Below, piece by piece: positions 26,435-50,386 of a stretch of DNA of 64,000 bases. Location: the NCBI GenBank assembly GCA_051362555.1, contig CM120649.1, positions 19,916,567 to 19,980,566 of the forward strand, read 5' to 3'. The position numbers and the translations under genes were made by a program. Source of the stretch: Lingula anatina (lineage: Eukaryota > Animalia > Brachiopoda). The notes below the pieces were generated by a model. It saw only the letters and a program-made list of their open reading frames with translations. It made no database searches and was not told the DNA's origin. Positions within the stretch are counted from its first letter, which is position 1; each line of letters begins with the position of its first letter.

Positions 26435-29400
26435 CAAAAAAAACATCATCTAAACTAAACTGATCAAGATAATTTTCAAACTTGACCTGAACATAAGTCA
26501 TATGAAACAGTCTTGCAATGTTTAAAGAAAAACAGGACATGATTTTAATGTTATTAATCAACCTGATTGACTTTGTTGTTGATCACCTGATAAGGGTTTA
26601 AAGTTAGTTTGAAACCACAACTCTTTACAACATTCCCTTCAACTAAACTGTTTAAATGAATTATTATCATTCAGGCTAGTATTTTTTTGTTCCAGCTAGT
26701 TTATGTTTAGACCCTGCTTGCCCAAAGGGCTAGCAGTATAAGTTTTTGGCACAGACTATATGCAGAGACACAATAATAATAATATAAGTATCATGGATAT
26801 TCTGATAATGTGAAGAGCACGTTTTGAGGAGAATGTGAAGTGAAAAAGTTTTTAGTCTTTTCAGTTACTGAGAAAACCTAAAATATAGTAACCAAAATCA
26901 TCTGGGAAGGACAAACTGATATTAATTAATCCACTATTTCCTAATTAAATAAAGAAATAACTTATATTTAATGTCTATAGCCTTAATTGTTGAAAAATAT
27001 TCAATATTTTGACAACTACATCAAAAATAAAAATGTCTTTCTAAGCAATATTTTACAATTGTTCCAGAAATCATAAATTAATCATCACATCCTTAATTTT
27101 ATTTTGTATTCTGGTACTTAGAGGTTTCAGGTTTCAGAAATTAAAAATTTTGTAAGTAGGAGTATGTTCTGAAATTTTAAGAACTGTAGACCAAATACCA
27201 CAGAATGTTCTTTAAGCAAGCACATTTAAATTAGCGATTGTTTTTAAAATAGCTTTTACTCCTATAAACCAAACTAAGTCAACTCAATTTATATATTTTT
27301 GGGTAAATAGCTTGCAATATTAGATTTCAAAACAAAGACGACTTTTTTTATCAGCTATGCAATTAATGCAGTCTACCCTTTGCCCAAAAATCTCCTTTAT
27401 GCAAATTAGGTAGGACCCTGCCTCCAAAAGAATAAAGTAATAATAATTTTACAAAAATCTTTAATGATAATAAAAATAACAACAAGATTCTATTACCTTT
27501 TACAAACCACAGTATTTTTATTCATCAATTATAATGCTACTTCCTCACCTTATATCAGGGATTTCTTTCAATATATCCCTCATACATTTGTGTAACTTCT
27601 CCTCCATTGGAACTTTAGCAACCAGTACAACCTTTTGGTATCCTGCACGTCCTAGGAAGCGTAGCTTTGCTTTAAAGTCACCTCATGAAGAAAAAAAATA
27701 CAAATCAATGTAAACATGAATCATAAATTTATACCTAATACTGTTAAAAAACATGTGCCTTAATGTAATGAAAAATTAACATAAACTTGGGAAATCTATT
27801 CAAATCTTAATCACTTTAACCAAACATATAACACATTCAAATTAAGATGGCCTCTAATACTGTTACCCCAGTGAAGTATGTGAGAACACCTAAAAAATAC
27901 TAATAAAAAAAAAACAAATCAATAAAAATTCATTTCTGCACCCGACATCAGTGGATGTTATCTTAAGCAGGACAACAACATTTTAACTCACCAGTGTACG
28001 CTGGCTTGTTGATAAAGAGATGTTTATATTGTGAAGGCCATACTAGTACTGCTATTTTTCTCCAACCTTCAGGCAGGGCAGACAAGTTTTCCACTTTGAG
28101 GAATCCACTTTCATCAAAAACTCTGGGCACCAGCTCCATGTCTACAGGCTCATTCACTTCATTCAAACAGCACTCCACAATAGGAAGATATATGGGAAGT
28201 ACTGGCATGATTCTTGCCATGTGGGAACCACCAAGATTCATCTGTACAGCTGCTAAAACAGCCTTCACTGAGGACAGCTGGCAATTTGTTTTCAATTTCT
28301 CTGCACAGACTTGAACACCACATACCTTGTAGAGGCTGGGTGGAATCTTCTTCACATATTTGTCAATTTGTTCTATTTCTAACCTTCCACACAATTCCAG
28401 AATATTTATACTAATCCCTCTTGGGTCCAGCTCACTTAACGACTCTTCCTTCATCAGATCAGACTTAAATAAACAATCTAGTATTTCACTGAAGACTTCA
28501 CGATAGCCATGATGGCATATCAAATTGCGAGCAATGGAAAGTAATTGGAAAGGGGAGACATTTTTTCCTTGGTTTTGTATTAAATCTCTCACCGTTTCTA
28601 CAAAAGTAATATTTGGATTACAATCCACCATATAGTAAGCAGTAACTAATTTATAAACAATGCTGTGATTGCCATCTTGATCATCAGCCACAAAGTTCTT
28701 TAAAACTTTCAAAATCATTTCATGATCACAATACAGCACTAAACTAAATTTCCATGTAATTTCAATTTGGTGCATCAATGACAACAAAGATGCCTGCTTC
28801 TTAAATACTTCTGCAAGTTCTGTAACATATTGTATGTACATGAAATCTTTATTCAACTCCTGCTTTTGAGCTAAATCCAACATGTCTTTAATGCACAAAT
28901 ATGCATTGTTGTCTTTTCCAACTTCTTCACAAAGTGTTGCCTTTTGGAGAATCTTTAACATCTTCCATAAAATGTCAGAAGGCACCAAATAATCAACACT
29001 GTGACAGACACTGACATAACTGTCCACTTCTTTTGGCTCTAAATCCATGTCAAAATACCACGTTTCCAAATTCTGTAAAAATAATCCAACATTGTTTTCA
29101 TCCGCCCATCTTCCACCCAGTGCATTAGAATAGTATGTTCCACAGGACAGAACACGAAGGAGCTGGTAAATATTTTTGCGTCCAGGTTCCTCCCACCCAA
29201 GCTTTGCCTCTCTCATGTGCTTTAAGAAAATTCGGATCTGGTCCTCGAAGTATTTCTGCCTGTGTATTGCAGACAAACGAAACCACCCGTGGCAGGCTTG
29301 TATCTTAGACTTAAAAGGCCATTCGGACCATACCTGTGACATGTGTCTCTCCAGTTCCTTACTAAACCGAAGAACTTCTGGAGATTGATGAATTCTGGCC

Positions 29401-30885
29401 CCAACTAACAACAATCTGCGTAACTGACTCGAGGAACTTCCCTCCATCAAACCTTTGTTGAGGACACGCTCGGCTGTCACCTTGATTGGATAGTAAACGG
29501 TTGTCGTAAAATCGCTAAAAGATATTAAAACCCGGTGCATAAACTTGAAAACCACCTAGGACAACCTCAGACTGCCACATTAATCCAATACAATGCAAAA
29601 ATAAACTATAACAAGTGGTTAAAGCCTTCAAACCGAATGTCGTAAAGTCCCCATATACCTCCATAGAGACAATAAAATAGAATAAGCTTCTGAAACAAGA
29701 AAAATCCAGTTCCAACATAATAATCGAAATAAAATACTGCCGGGCATCGGAGCGGCCTAAAACTTGGCACGCTTACCGCTAATACTGCAGGCTACATCAT
29801 CCCGTCGCTCGTTTGTAAATTCCGTGCATGGCATACGCACAATCAAACCGTATATCCAAATTGCACCTCTGATGTTTGAATTAGTCCTCTACGCTATTCA
29901 AATCAGGAAGTGACGTAACCGCAGAGGTCGCATTGTCCAATGGCATGGCTTCTTTTTCGTAATGGTAGGTTAGAGAGGACCAATTCAAACATCAGAGGTG
30001 CAATTTGGATATACGGTTTGATTGTGCGTATGCCATGCACGGAATTTACAAACGAGCGACGGGATGATGTAGCCTGCAGTATTAGTGGTAAGCGTGCCAA
30101 GTTTTAGGCCGCTCCGATGCCCGGCAGTATTTTATTTCGATTATTATGTTGGAACTGGATTTTTCTTGTTTCAGAAGCTTATTCTATTTTATTGTCTCTA
30201 TGGAGGTATATGGGGACTTTACGACATTCGGTTTGAAGGCTTTAACCACTTGTTATAGTTTATTTTTGCATTGTATTGGATTAATGTGGCAGTCTGAGGT
30301 TGTCCTAGGTGGTTTTCAAGTTTATGCACCGGGTTTTAATATCTTTTAGCGATTTTACGACAACCGTTTACTATCCAATCAAGGTGACAGCCGAGCGTGG
30401 TTGAGGATGGTTTGCAGGGCTGATGATATCCTGTCATCTTGTGGAAGATGAGTTTCTTGAGATTTTGGTGAATCCTTTAAAAGACCACCGACAGCAAATA
30501 TGTACAGTATCTCTCCGTCAAGGTCACTATCGGCCTTACTGGCTCTGTTCTCGTAATCACTGATAATCTCCGCTTTGCTCCTTCCATCTTGCGTTATGTT
30601 CCACTCCGCTTTACTTTCAAAATTCATTTGGCTCTCTCTGATGATTCTGTTATAAACATGTTTCGTGATGGTCATTGTAGAGTATGACTGGTTAATTCCG
30701 CCGACATGTCTCCCCAACGACCAACCCCACGTCTTCCGAGGACTTCGCAGTTGTGAAACGGCGCATGTAAACCGCAGCGGTTGATGGCATCGTGACGGTT
30801 GTGCAAAACACTGAGCTACTCTACCTACAAAATCGTGTCTACTACAGCTTCGGTAGACATATCCCAGTGCCGAAGAAAACATCAT
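25793..30885 (-). CDS. FAST kinase domain-containing (FASTKD-like, RAP domain) mitochondrial RNA-binding protein, ~699 aa when repaired; exon 1 interrupted by a transposon
   Basis: 30885-30400 joins 29456-27992 in frame after removing the insert and one TSD (..ALQTILN|KGLMEG..). Then exons 27681-27549 (GDFKAKLRFLGRAGYQKVVLV) and 25808-25793 (LPDN*). Arg/Ser-rich N-terminus, helical middle, RAP-like RKIAVLVW..YTG..GY.KV. Confidence 0.7.
29465..30399. mobile_element. 935-bp foldback/MITE DNA transposon with 426-bp TIRs and 8-bp TSD
   Basis: Arms 29465-29890 and 29974-30399 are near-identical inverted copies (2 mismatches seen); 83-bp spacer; GTTGAGGA duplicated at 29457-29464 and 30400-30407. 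Confidence 0.95.
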
Positions 30886-32891
30886 TACATGTTATAAATG
30901 GTCCAAATACCGAGCGTACTGCTGAACATGTCCGCCCTGACCACGAGGCGGTTAAGACTGGCTCGCTTTTGAAGAAGCGGAGAAAATGGCGGAAAACGGC
31001 ATCTCAGGCCACTAGAAAAAATTGTGGGAAAAAGGCATGCCAGGCCACTAAAAAAAAAAAAAAAATAATAATAATAATTAATTATAAAAGAAAGAAAAAT
31101 AAATAAAAACAGGCCGTGATTATGCATTCTATGCGAGAAAAGTTAAAATTAGTGTTTTTTATACTGTTTTATAAGTTTAGTTTTATTTATAGCTCTGATA
31201 AAATTTTATCTTTTGAAGTTTAATAATATGTATATTGATTATTCTGATTATTTCCTGAATTTTTCATAACCTTTACCTCGTCTACCAGGGCCACCTAAAT
31301 TTTATTTAACTAGATATTCGCATGATGATTGATAGATTCTTGCTGGGCATTTCTTTTAGATTGATAATTTGTACATAGAAATGATGTAGATTGAATGACA
31401 ACTCTTTTTTCCATCATCTCATTGTGCATTTTTAATCTTCTTTATCTAATATGCAGCCTGCTACATACACTACGTTAATGACCTGAATATAAAAGCTTAA
31501 AGGGATAATAACTCTTTGTATGAGATCTATATTTCACAATAAAAACATTGTAAACAACTCATAGAAATATAATATATTCTGTTTTACCACAAAAACAGCA
31601 GTTATAGCTATTATTCTGACATCTGAGCTTGTCTTTAGACCATGTGACCTCCATTGATGGCTATACTCTTAAGAGTTTATGACAAAAAGAAAAAAAAAAA
31701 ACAGGAACTAACTTTGATTGTAAAAATGGATTCATTAACCATTGGTAAAGTATGGGAAAATTGTTGTTTACTCCAGGAAAATACATTTTTTGGGCTAGAA
31801 CGCATTCAAGTTTTCTTCCATCAATACCAGACTGCATTTTAAAGGTTCATACGAACCGAGCATCGGTGGAGTGTGGATTCCCAGTAACACATGTAAACCA
31901 CTTCTACAAAATTCTTATATGGCTCAAATAAATTTGATATGCCAAGGGATAAATTGAATAGATCACTCGATCAGCCATAAAAGACCTAAAGACTGCTCCT
32001 TTCTTTAAATTTATGGTTGTAAATTTAACCTACTTCCGTGACCTACTTTCCTACCCCATTGACATGCAGCTTAGAATGCCAGCAGAAAAATCTGTTCAAA
32101 CATCATTTTCGGGTAAAATTAAACAATGCCTTTTGGTAATTCTCTTAGTTATACTACTTGAAACTATTTGCTGGCATTTGGTTGATTTTGTGACAAAAAA
32201 TTGATTTTGTATGCATCTTTAATAACTTTTTAAATCTGATATTTATATTTATTTAGGAAAAGTTAAAAAACCTGTCATTCTGGCCTGAAAATATTTTGAT
32301 TTCTTTTCAGATAATATGGATCAAAACCTAATCTTTTTCTCCGCTCACTATAATAATTAACATTGTTATTATTATTTTTCCTCGACTTGCTGCTGTTGCC
32401 TCTGTATATGTGATGCAACTTGTGTTGCTAGCCCCAATTATACAGAAAAATAATCATCTCTGATTACTGTCAGCCATATTACAGCTACTTCATTTACCAT
32501 CATCATTGCTTTTTTCATTTCATTCACAGATTCATTCCTTTACTGAGTGATTAAAATTTACTGTAATGAAATGATACATGTAAAAGCATTGATATTCTAA
32601 AATTAAAATATGTGCTGCTGTTTTTATATTATTCCTTCATTAACAGATGTTTTGAAAGTCATGTTTTGAGAAGCACACCCAACACATTAAATACATAATC
32701 ACTGTACCCATTTTATACAAAATTAAGGCCAAGACAAGCATCCTTGCACCATTTAAACTGTAGTATGTGGCCATTGTGTACCACTCACTGTTTGAAATAA
32801 ATCTCATAATTGTTCCCTTATATTGCCCTTTTTCTTGTTAATGTTCTATGCAGTGTGTGTGTGTGTGTGCATGTGTGCGTGTGTGCATGTG

Positions 32892-32929
<38 letters not shown>

Positions 32930-33147
32930 GGGGGAGAGGCAGTAACTTAACATCTACCTGTGCACCTCTTCTCTATAAATGACAGCTGTGCAGACACAAG
33001 CAGAATTAGCCAGAGGAATTTCTGTGAATATCTTGTGAAAAAGTCTTAGACTAGGTTTCCAGGCCTAGATTGATCCAACAGGATCGGTCTAACTCCATGG
33101 GGATTAATTCACGCTAAATTGCTATCAACATAAGCAGCTGTCACACC

Positions 33148-34500
33148 TAAGGATATACGCGGTTTCTGTGTTTACATGCTTGTACTGTCCCCTGTCTTTT
33201 GTAACAATTCATGCTTTTATCACAAGACTAACTAAATGTTAGTTTTTTGTTTACTACCGGCTTTTGAAAGACGTGTAGCGAGAAATAGATAACGAAAAAG
33301 CGGTTTATTTCAACCATTGTCGAGGCGCTATGAAGTCATAATGGCGGCGAGAAGTCAGCAGAAGTTAAAGGTTGAGAAATATTTTAGAAAATTTAGAATA
33401 TTTAGAAAATTCAGACTTCGGGGAAGAGTCCTTGATAGATTTTGATACTCCGGTAACTTCAAAGATGATGTGCCTTTGCCTATTATGAGTTGTCAGAGAG
33501 CAGATTCGGACGTGGGGCTTGATTTATGAAAAACGCTGATGATACTAACGGCAGTAACCAAGCAGACGACAATAGTAATTGGAATGGCTATATCGCTGAT
33601 AAAATAACTGTAACCGTGGCAAGTCAGGTTAAATGTTGCCTTGTGTACTGCATCAATATGTCTTTTCCTGCTTGTGCATTAATACAAATGTCATATGTTA
33701 CGTTGTGCTGCATCAACATGTCTTTTCCTGCTTATGTTTAAGTACAAATGACATATGTTTACTTGTGTGTTACATCAACACGTCTTTTCCTGCTTGTGTA
33801 TGGATACAGATGTAATATGTTTACTAGTGCGCTGTATCAACATGTCTTTTCCTACTTGTGTATTAGTACAAATGCCACGTTTACTGGTATTTTTATGATG
33901 CAATTTTTATTCTCGAAAGTGTAATATTTGCTCATGATAATGTTTGTATTCTTGCATATGGTTTGAGTGCTAAACAAAATTTTATGAGTATCGTGGATCA
34001 GTTGATTAAAAAAACTATGAAAAACTGTCGTAAAAAGCACAAAATTTACAATGTTTTTGTAATTATAAAAGTAATTAGGTGGAAGTCTTCTAGTCAACTA
34101 ACCTGCCTGTATATTGTGCAACTCTCTGACGTGATGCAGGTTTTTAGGTACAGCACGCATCCCCGAAAATTTATTATATCTTAAAAACTAAATAAGATAT
34201 CTTTCTGAAATTTTCTGACATTGTTTAAGACATATTTCGGATGTTTATGATAAAATTTCAACAAATTATTTGGTACAGTGAAAAAGAATGTGCATGCTGA
34301 AATTAAAATTTTTGTTTTTTGCTTCTATTCGAGAAAAGCAAGTCTCTTATTTAAACTCCTGCTATTTCTACTTAAGTTAACAAATGTGAATAAAACTGAC
34401 ATGACTTTAAAACTTACATTCTTGGCTTTTTAAAATGTTCAGGTTTAGGTGTTTTCTAGACAAGTAAATACATTATCATTGATTAAATGAGGCCGCCTGT
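33148..34500. mobile_element. Possible degraded DNA transposon containing a ~60-bp tandem repeat (33635-33880)
   Basis: Truncates a Harbinger-like MITE fragment (33052-33140); acidic degenerate coding-like stretch at 33340-33600; termini not resolved. Confidence 0.35.
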
Positions 34501-34840
34501 AAAATTGAGTGCATCTGGGTAGAGGGCTCAGGACCAAGGGCACTTTCAAGGTCAGATGCTTTCAGGCTCTATGGGGTTAAACTGCTGGTCAACATTATTT
34601 TATTGTTTCATTTGTCAGCATTGAAACATATTTGGTTCCGTTGGACAACAGACAGTAAAAAAAACATATCTGGAGAATCTAAAAAAAAAAAAAAAAACAA
34701 TATAAATAAAATGGAGAGAAAAAACAAAACGTCTGAGGAATATTTCTAATTAATATATTTCATAACATGGAACACACCCCTATCAAGCAGACCAGCATCT
34801 AGGTGTAATGTTTAACATCAAACCTGCTATGGGGAGAAGA

Positions 34841-34894
<54 letters not shown>

Positions 34895-36621
34895 GGCCAC
34901 AGATAACATTCCCTTTTTAATAACATTTGGGCTGAATGCCACGGAAGTTCATTGCAGTAAAATTATGTCACTAATTAAAAATATGTTTGCAAGATACTGC
35001 ATGTCCGATTACTCTTGCGTCATTTCTTAACTATGGCCGTACTGGAGCCTGGCTCTTGACATTTCTTCCTACGTAATGCACCTCCAGCACGCTCAAATTA
35101 CGACACATTGACATAACATCATTTCTAGTTTCACAACTTATGCAAAAATTGCCTACTATAAGTTGCTGCATTTCAACGGTGATTGTTACTCCTATCACGT
35201 CTTAAGAACTGAGTTAGATGCACATGACCCACATTTGGGGGAGGGGGGTTTAAATTGAGGCTATGACTATCCATGCTTCATCAGTTTACTTTCTACATAA
35301 AAATACCAAATGTTAATTTAACATTTCATCTCAAACTGGTGTTTTCGATCCAAATTCAAAATCTCAAATTCATCAGAGTAAATTTGATTGACAAATGTGC
35401 TATATTCCAAGTACAAGCAATTTCAAAGCAGGGTGGGGGCTCTTTTACCACGAATCCTTCGCATATCTTGATCAAATGTTATCCAGCGTGGACCTTTTAC
35501 AACAAATAAAAAGGCACTGTTCGACCCCCCCCCCCCCCCCCTCCCTCCCACAGATATTTAAATATTTGTCAGGAATCAAAACATAACAATTTTAACGCGA
35601 GGGATCCTTTTTTAACTTGTTGAAAATGACAAAGAATAAATCTTGGTTGTGCCTCTAGAGATGATTTTCTATGCAGTTTATAAGATTAGTTAAAAATTTG
35701 ACATTTGTTAAAAAACAAAATCTTGAATTATTACTCAATAATAGCCTGAGACCATCTTAGACAAAAATTCAGTAGGGCTTTTTTTGTAAATGTATTTTAC
35801 TTTTATTTAACCATTTGCTGCAAATTCCATAAGCCAGTCTTGTATATACAAAATCTGCCAATAAATGAGAAATTTACAGAAATCATGGACAAGCCTTGCA
35901 GAACCTATTAGCTAAAACCTGTCTCCTGAGAAGTGGGCTCTCAATGTGCTGATGTTCTCTGGCACATTTTCAATCTCAACCACAGCTTCTCTACCGCATT
36001 CCTCTGGCACATTCTCATTCCTCTTTCTTATCATGACTTCCACAACACAGCATTATTTCCATGCTGATTTTACTTTACACCATATTCCTCCTCTTTAACA
36101 AAGGCTTCTCTAGCACATTCCTGTTTCCAAGCCAAGCTTCTCTAACACATTCCCATTTCTAAGCCTAGGTTTCTCTAAGCCTAGTAGAAATCACGTGATG
36201 GCAATGGAGTACATGTGTATCACAGAAATGTTCTGTTCTTCATTATCACATGTGCTAAGACATGTGTGTGGAGACTGGCACTGGTCACACATCTGCTGGT
36301 GAAAGCTGAACTGAGTCAGTGGTATACTTCATCACCTGAACTCCTGGGACTCAGTTCTACACACACAGATCTTTCCACATACCATTCGCCCAACTTTGCA
36401 ATTTTTTTAAAGTACCTTACAAGCAAAATATCCTACAAAATTTGCAGTTGACATGATGTCTTCACCACCACAGCCATTCTGACTTCAAGGGGCACGGAGC
36501 TTCATTCACAGGGGTAACTAAGTCCATTATCAATTATGATTATTGATTGTATGAAAGGATCTGCCATTATAAAGGATTCCAGTAGGATTCAGTCAATATT
36601 CTAGGAGGGGATTCCAGAGTG

Positions 36622-38538
36622 TTATACTGTAGTACTCCTGTGTCCCCCATCAAGCTGCGGTCGAGCAAATTCTACAAAGTCATCTATGAGCACTGGCCAC
36701 GCCCCTGGAAGTGACACAGATGTTTGACGTCAGAACAACAGAGGTAAGATAGGCTTGGAGTAGCTTTAGGCTGTGCTATTTTAATACATTTCACATCTCT
36801 TATGCTACAATACACTGAACTTGGCACTGTGTTAGGTGTGACATTGTGTTAGATGTGTCAGTGTGTTAGATGTGACAGTGTGCTGGATGTGCCAATACGT
36901 CAGTTGTGACTGAGTAAAAGACCCCCTTACCTTCCTCATCATAATTAGTCATGTCATCAGCAATCATGTTACTGAAGTCTAGCAGCAGATTCCAGGTGTC
37001 TTTAGGGATGGATCTTTTATGGTGTTCCTGATAAAAAAAATTAAACTAATAATACAGTGGTACACTGCTTAAATCAATTGTACTGACTTATTCTTAATAT
37101 TTCATTTGCAAAACAAAACATTATATTTTCTATGGTTAAGTTTACTAAGTTTTGGATATTTCTTTAAAGCTGTCTTAATTAAGGACTGATTCCTTACAAT
37201 CTTTGAATTTGAAGTTTTGTCACCTGTAAAAATTGTACCCAAAGGTCTAAAAATTTGAATTTTCCTGAGAGCACAATGTTCCAGTATGCTATTGCCATGT
37301 CCAGGTCTGCAAATTAAAAATTTAGAAAATGGAACAAATGTTTGTCAGTTTTGTAATCAACGAGAGTCAGTTCTTCCTCTGATGTATATCAAAATAGTCA
37401 ACAGACTAACACAAGACAATCATTTGTAGAAAATACCACTTACCATAAATCATCTATATTTTTTACCTATGACAAACAGTTGCTTTTGCAATCATGAAGA
37501 GATGGCATAATATATTTAACAAAAAAAAAAAAAAATAATAAAAAAAAAAAAAAAAAAAAAAAAATAATAATAATAATAATAATAAAAAAAGGACAACTCA
37601 CCTAAACCTTTTTGACCTGGATTTTTGGCATAATTGAAAGTAAAATTATAAAAATCTTTGAATTTTGCAGGATCTCTGATCTCCAATTCCAGACTCTGGC
37701 ATTTATGTTTTAAACGTTCTACGCTATCACATCTGAAAATGAATAATAATTATTAAGAAATTAAATATACATGGTTACGTCTTCCTTTCAAATATAGAGT
37801 TACTAGGGTCTTTCACTGCTGTAATATCTTTTTTCATTCATTCCACTTTCTTAATGCTTCTTTCTATGTCAACATAAGATTTTAAATAGGTGCAATTGCT
37901 TAGTTTATTTCTTCATCTTAAAGGAGCAAAGAGTAAGATCTTGAAAACACATACTTGTACTTTTAAGTCCCTAATTTACTTCTTGTTGAAGTAATAAAAA
38001 GATGTAATTATTTAGATCATTTTAACAAATGAATACCATAAAATGTCAACAAAAATAACTCAAATTTATCATATCTTGAATTCCCCTGCAAAAATTTGTC
38101 TCATTTAATGTTCACTTATGGTTCTCAATCTAATCTAGTACATTTGATGTATTTTTATTTTTATTTTTTTTTTTAAGTTTTATTTTTGTTCTGTAATGAA
38201 TGTAACAGTTCTCATTAAAAGAGAAAAACATTATGTTCTAGGACAGATTGGGAACCGTGAGTGTTAAATGAGACAAATTTTGGAGGGGTTATACCTACCC
38301 TAAATCGGTCATTCCATTGATAAACTCGTCTTTTGTAAACTCGCACTGCACTGCTGCGTGAAACTTCCAGGCTAAGACTAAAACCACTCGGCTCTCCGGG
38401 TTAAGATTTAATTCTTCTAAGAACTTGAGCATTCCTTCTGCTGTGATTTTATCTTCCTCATGGGGATCTGGAAGAGAGAATTTCAATATACGTTAGTAAT
38501 CACTGATGATGGAAGTCTAGTGCTTTTTTTTTTTTTTT

Positions 38539-38569
<31 letters not shown>

Positions 38570-39526
38570 GGGGAGAGAAAACACCAGGCTCGACTGGGAT
38601 TCAAATCCAGGACTCTTGCAAACCATGCGCCTGCTCTCCCAACTGAGCTGCTGAGCCTGGGCCAACCCTGGCCAGGCACTACAGAAGGAAATAAGAAACA
38701 CAACACAGGATACTTATTTGATATATGGCAGCTTTAAACACAACATTAAAGACATATTTCAGTATAATTTATAACAACTTCAGGGACTAACAGCACAGTT
38801 TTTCACTATAAGAAAGGTTCTGTGAAAACAGTTGTTGCAGTATGTTGCCATAAATATGTGATGCATCAATGTCAATAAAAAAGTCAAGGCATACTGATGA
38901 AACACACACTAATTCATTTATATTTGTTGAGCTAAATATACACCACATGACTGAGCACAAAATGAATGCTACATCAAGTTGTCAAAGTGTGTATATTAAA
39001 TCAACAGACCACTATGGATGGAACTGTTATTTTCTAAATTTTGTACAGGTTTTTGATAATGATAATTTGCAATGGAAATTTTAGTATGTAAACCTTACCT
39101 GTATTTATTAACGTCACACCACTGAACTGGCTGACTATGATAATAGAAAATCTAGCCACTTACTCCAAGCCCATACTAACTTAGTACCTACCTTTGTATC
39201 TATTGAATATTTGCTCTATTTTCTTTCTGTCTATCGTCCCTTTTGGCTCTCTGTTGTAGCGTTCGGGGAACTGGAAATAGTTGTCCACCGCGACGTCCAG
39301 TTTCCAGTCGTGGGCTGTCAGACAGTTGATAGCAGTTTTCTCGCCAGACTGAGTGAAGGCAATAAATTGCCGTACTTTGTCTTTTTGCGACGATTTCAGC
39401 TTATGCTACAAAGGGGAAAATATTCTTTATAACTAAGAAATAGTCTCTCGTGAGTACAATGGTCTTGATTAGTGATAAACAAGTTTTATTTTGATCTTCT
39501 TGTGAAATAGTTTCACTACTCACCAT
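36622..39526 (-). CDS. DCUN1D1: DCN1-like protein 1 (NEDD8 E3 co-factor), 259 aa
   Basis: Exons 39526-39524 (ATG), 39405-39192, 38467-38299, 37732-37602, 37306-37224, 37027-36931, 36704-36622 total 780 nt; [49 protein letters not shown]. Confidence 0.95.
36826..36912. repeat. 17-bp minisatellite (GTGTTAGATGTGACAGT)n
   Basis: Same family as 42688, 47213 and 60060. Confidence 0.8.
38524..38657 (-). mobile_element. tRNA-derived SINE
   Basis: Minus strand reads GGCTCAGCAGCTCAGTTGGGAGAGC (A box) ... GGATTTGAATCCC (B-box-like), then a C-run and poly(A) tail. Confidence 0.7.
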
Positions 39527-39853
39527 GATCTCGTTATTTCTCTGCCATGACGAGAAGATTCGTGACAGTAAGGACAGACGGTATTTTTTTTAATTTTTTC
39601 GAAAATCAAGTAATTAAAACAACATTTTACTGCTTAATTTTACTACATAATTCGAATAGCATTATGTTATTTTGCAGTTTTATCTCTCATTTATTTATTT
39701 ATTGGCACATCTCGCGCCCTAGTTCCAAGAGTCACGTGACTAGTGTTTCGCGCCGTTTTCCAAGTTGGCTAAGAACCTTTGTAGACATCAACAAGAAAAC
39801 AGCGTCATTAAAACTGAGGAAACGCCAACCGATCACCAAAAAAACCTCTGAAC
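39527..39853. promoter_or_regulatory. Bidirectional promoter region of DCUN1D1 and MCM7 with E2F and E-box sites
   Basis: 327 bp separate the divergent ATGs; GTCACGTGAC at 39731-39740, TTTCGCGC at 39746-39753, another E2F-like GGCGGGAAAA at 39981-39990. Confidence 0.75.
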
Positions 39854-49491
<9,638 letters not shown>

Positions 49492-50386
49492 AGAACCTGA
49501 CCCTCTTGTACAGAACTTGACCATCTTTTACAGACCATGACCGTCTTTTACAGACCTTGACCAAACCAAACGAGGGAACAAAAAGAGAAACTGGCTTTGA
49601 CAAGAATTAGTGTTTCTGTGTTATTTTTCTTTTCTTATGTACAATTGTAATCACATTGGAATACCAAACTGCAGTTTTTATGAATAAAGAAGCTCTGATC
49701 TTTGAAAAACAAGCTGGTATAACTCTCCAGTTTTAAAGGTAACAATGAGACAAAGACGTTGGAACATTCTGGCATAGAATTTAGTTTGAAGGTTTGAATA
49801 AATCCTGAAGTATTCATTTAAAAAATAGGTCATGTCACCTGTGATGGGGTTTGGCTGAACTGGAGTAAGATGTATCTTGATCTAGGTCATATCCTTGGTA
49901 TGCATAGAAACTGCCTGCTGTTTATAATATTTGCACCTTGACGGAACTTCGTTGTCACAGACATTTTAGATGGTTTGTACATAAGTGAACTTGGTCCAGT
50001 AGAATGTATTGCTACATGATCCTGTACATTTTGAACATTAGATGCAATATTTTATTGGCTATGTATATAGAGACTTTGTTGTGTAGTCATATCACACATG
50101 GATTACTAAAACAATGATGTTGTGTGATGGGTTATTTATCACTGCAAATAAATAAGCAGACTTGGGATTTTAAGGCCATGTTGTAGTTGTTGTAACAGTT
50201 TTGTATTTTTAAAAACGTGAGACGAAAAAAGGAACCATAAAAAGGTCAAGCAATGATTGATTGCAGTTTGTTAAATGCTATGGGGTATTAATGATGCAGT
50301 CATTCACAATTCTGGATGAGAGAGGTGATGACCCAAGTTTTGGAGGATGGCTTTCTGCTAGATAGATGGCGCCATGGAGCAGGACA

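Noticed and set aside
29515-30349. Two identical 67-aa ORFs on opposite strands
   Set aside because: They are a by-product of the transposon's inverted arms.
38580-38657. tRNA gene
   Set aside because: The B box is degenerate, there is no clean acceptor stem, and a poly(A) tail follows, so it fits a SINE.
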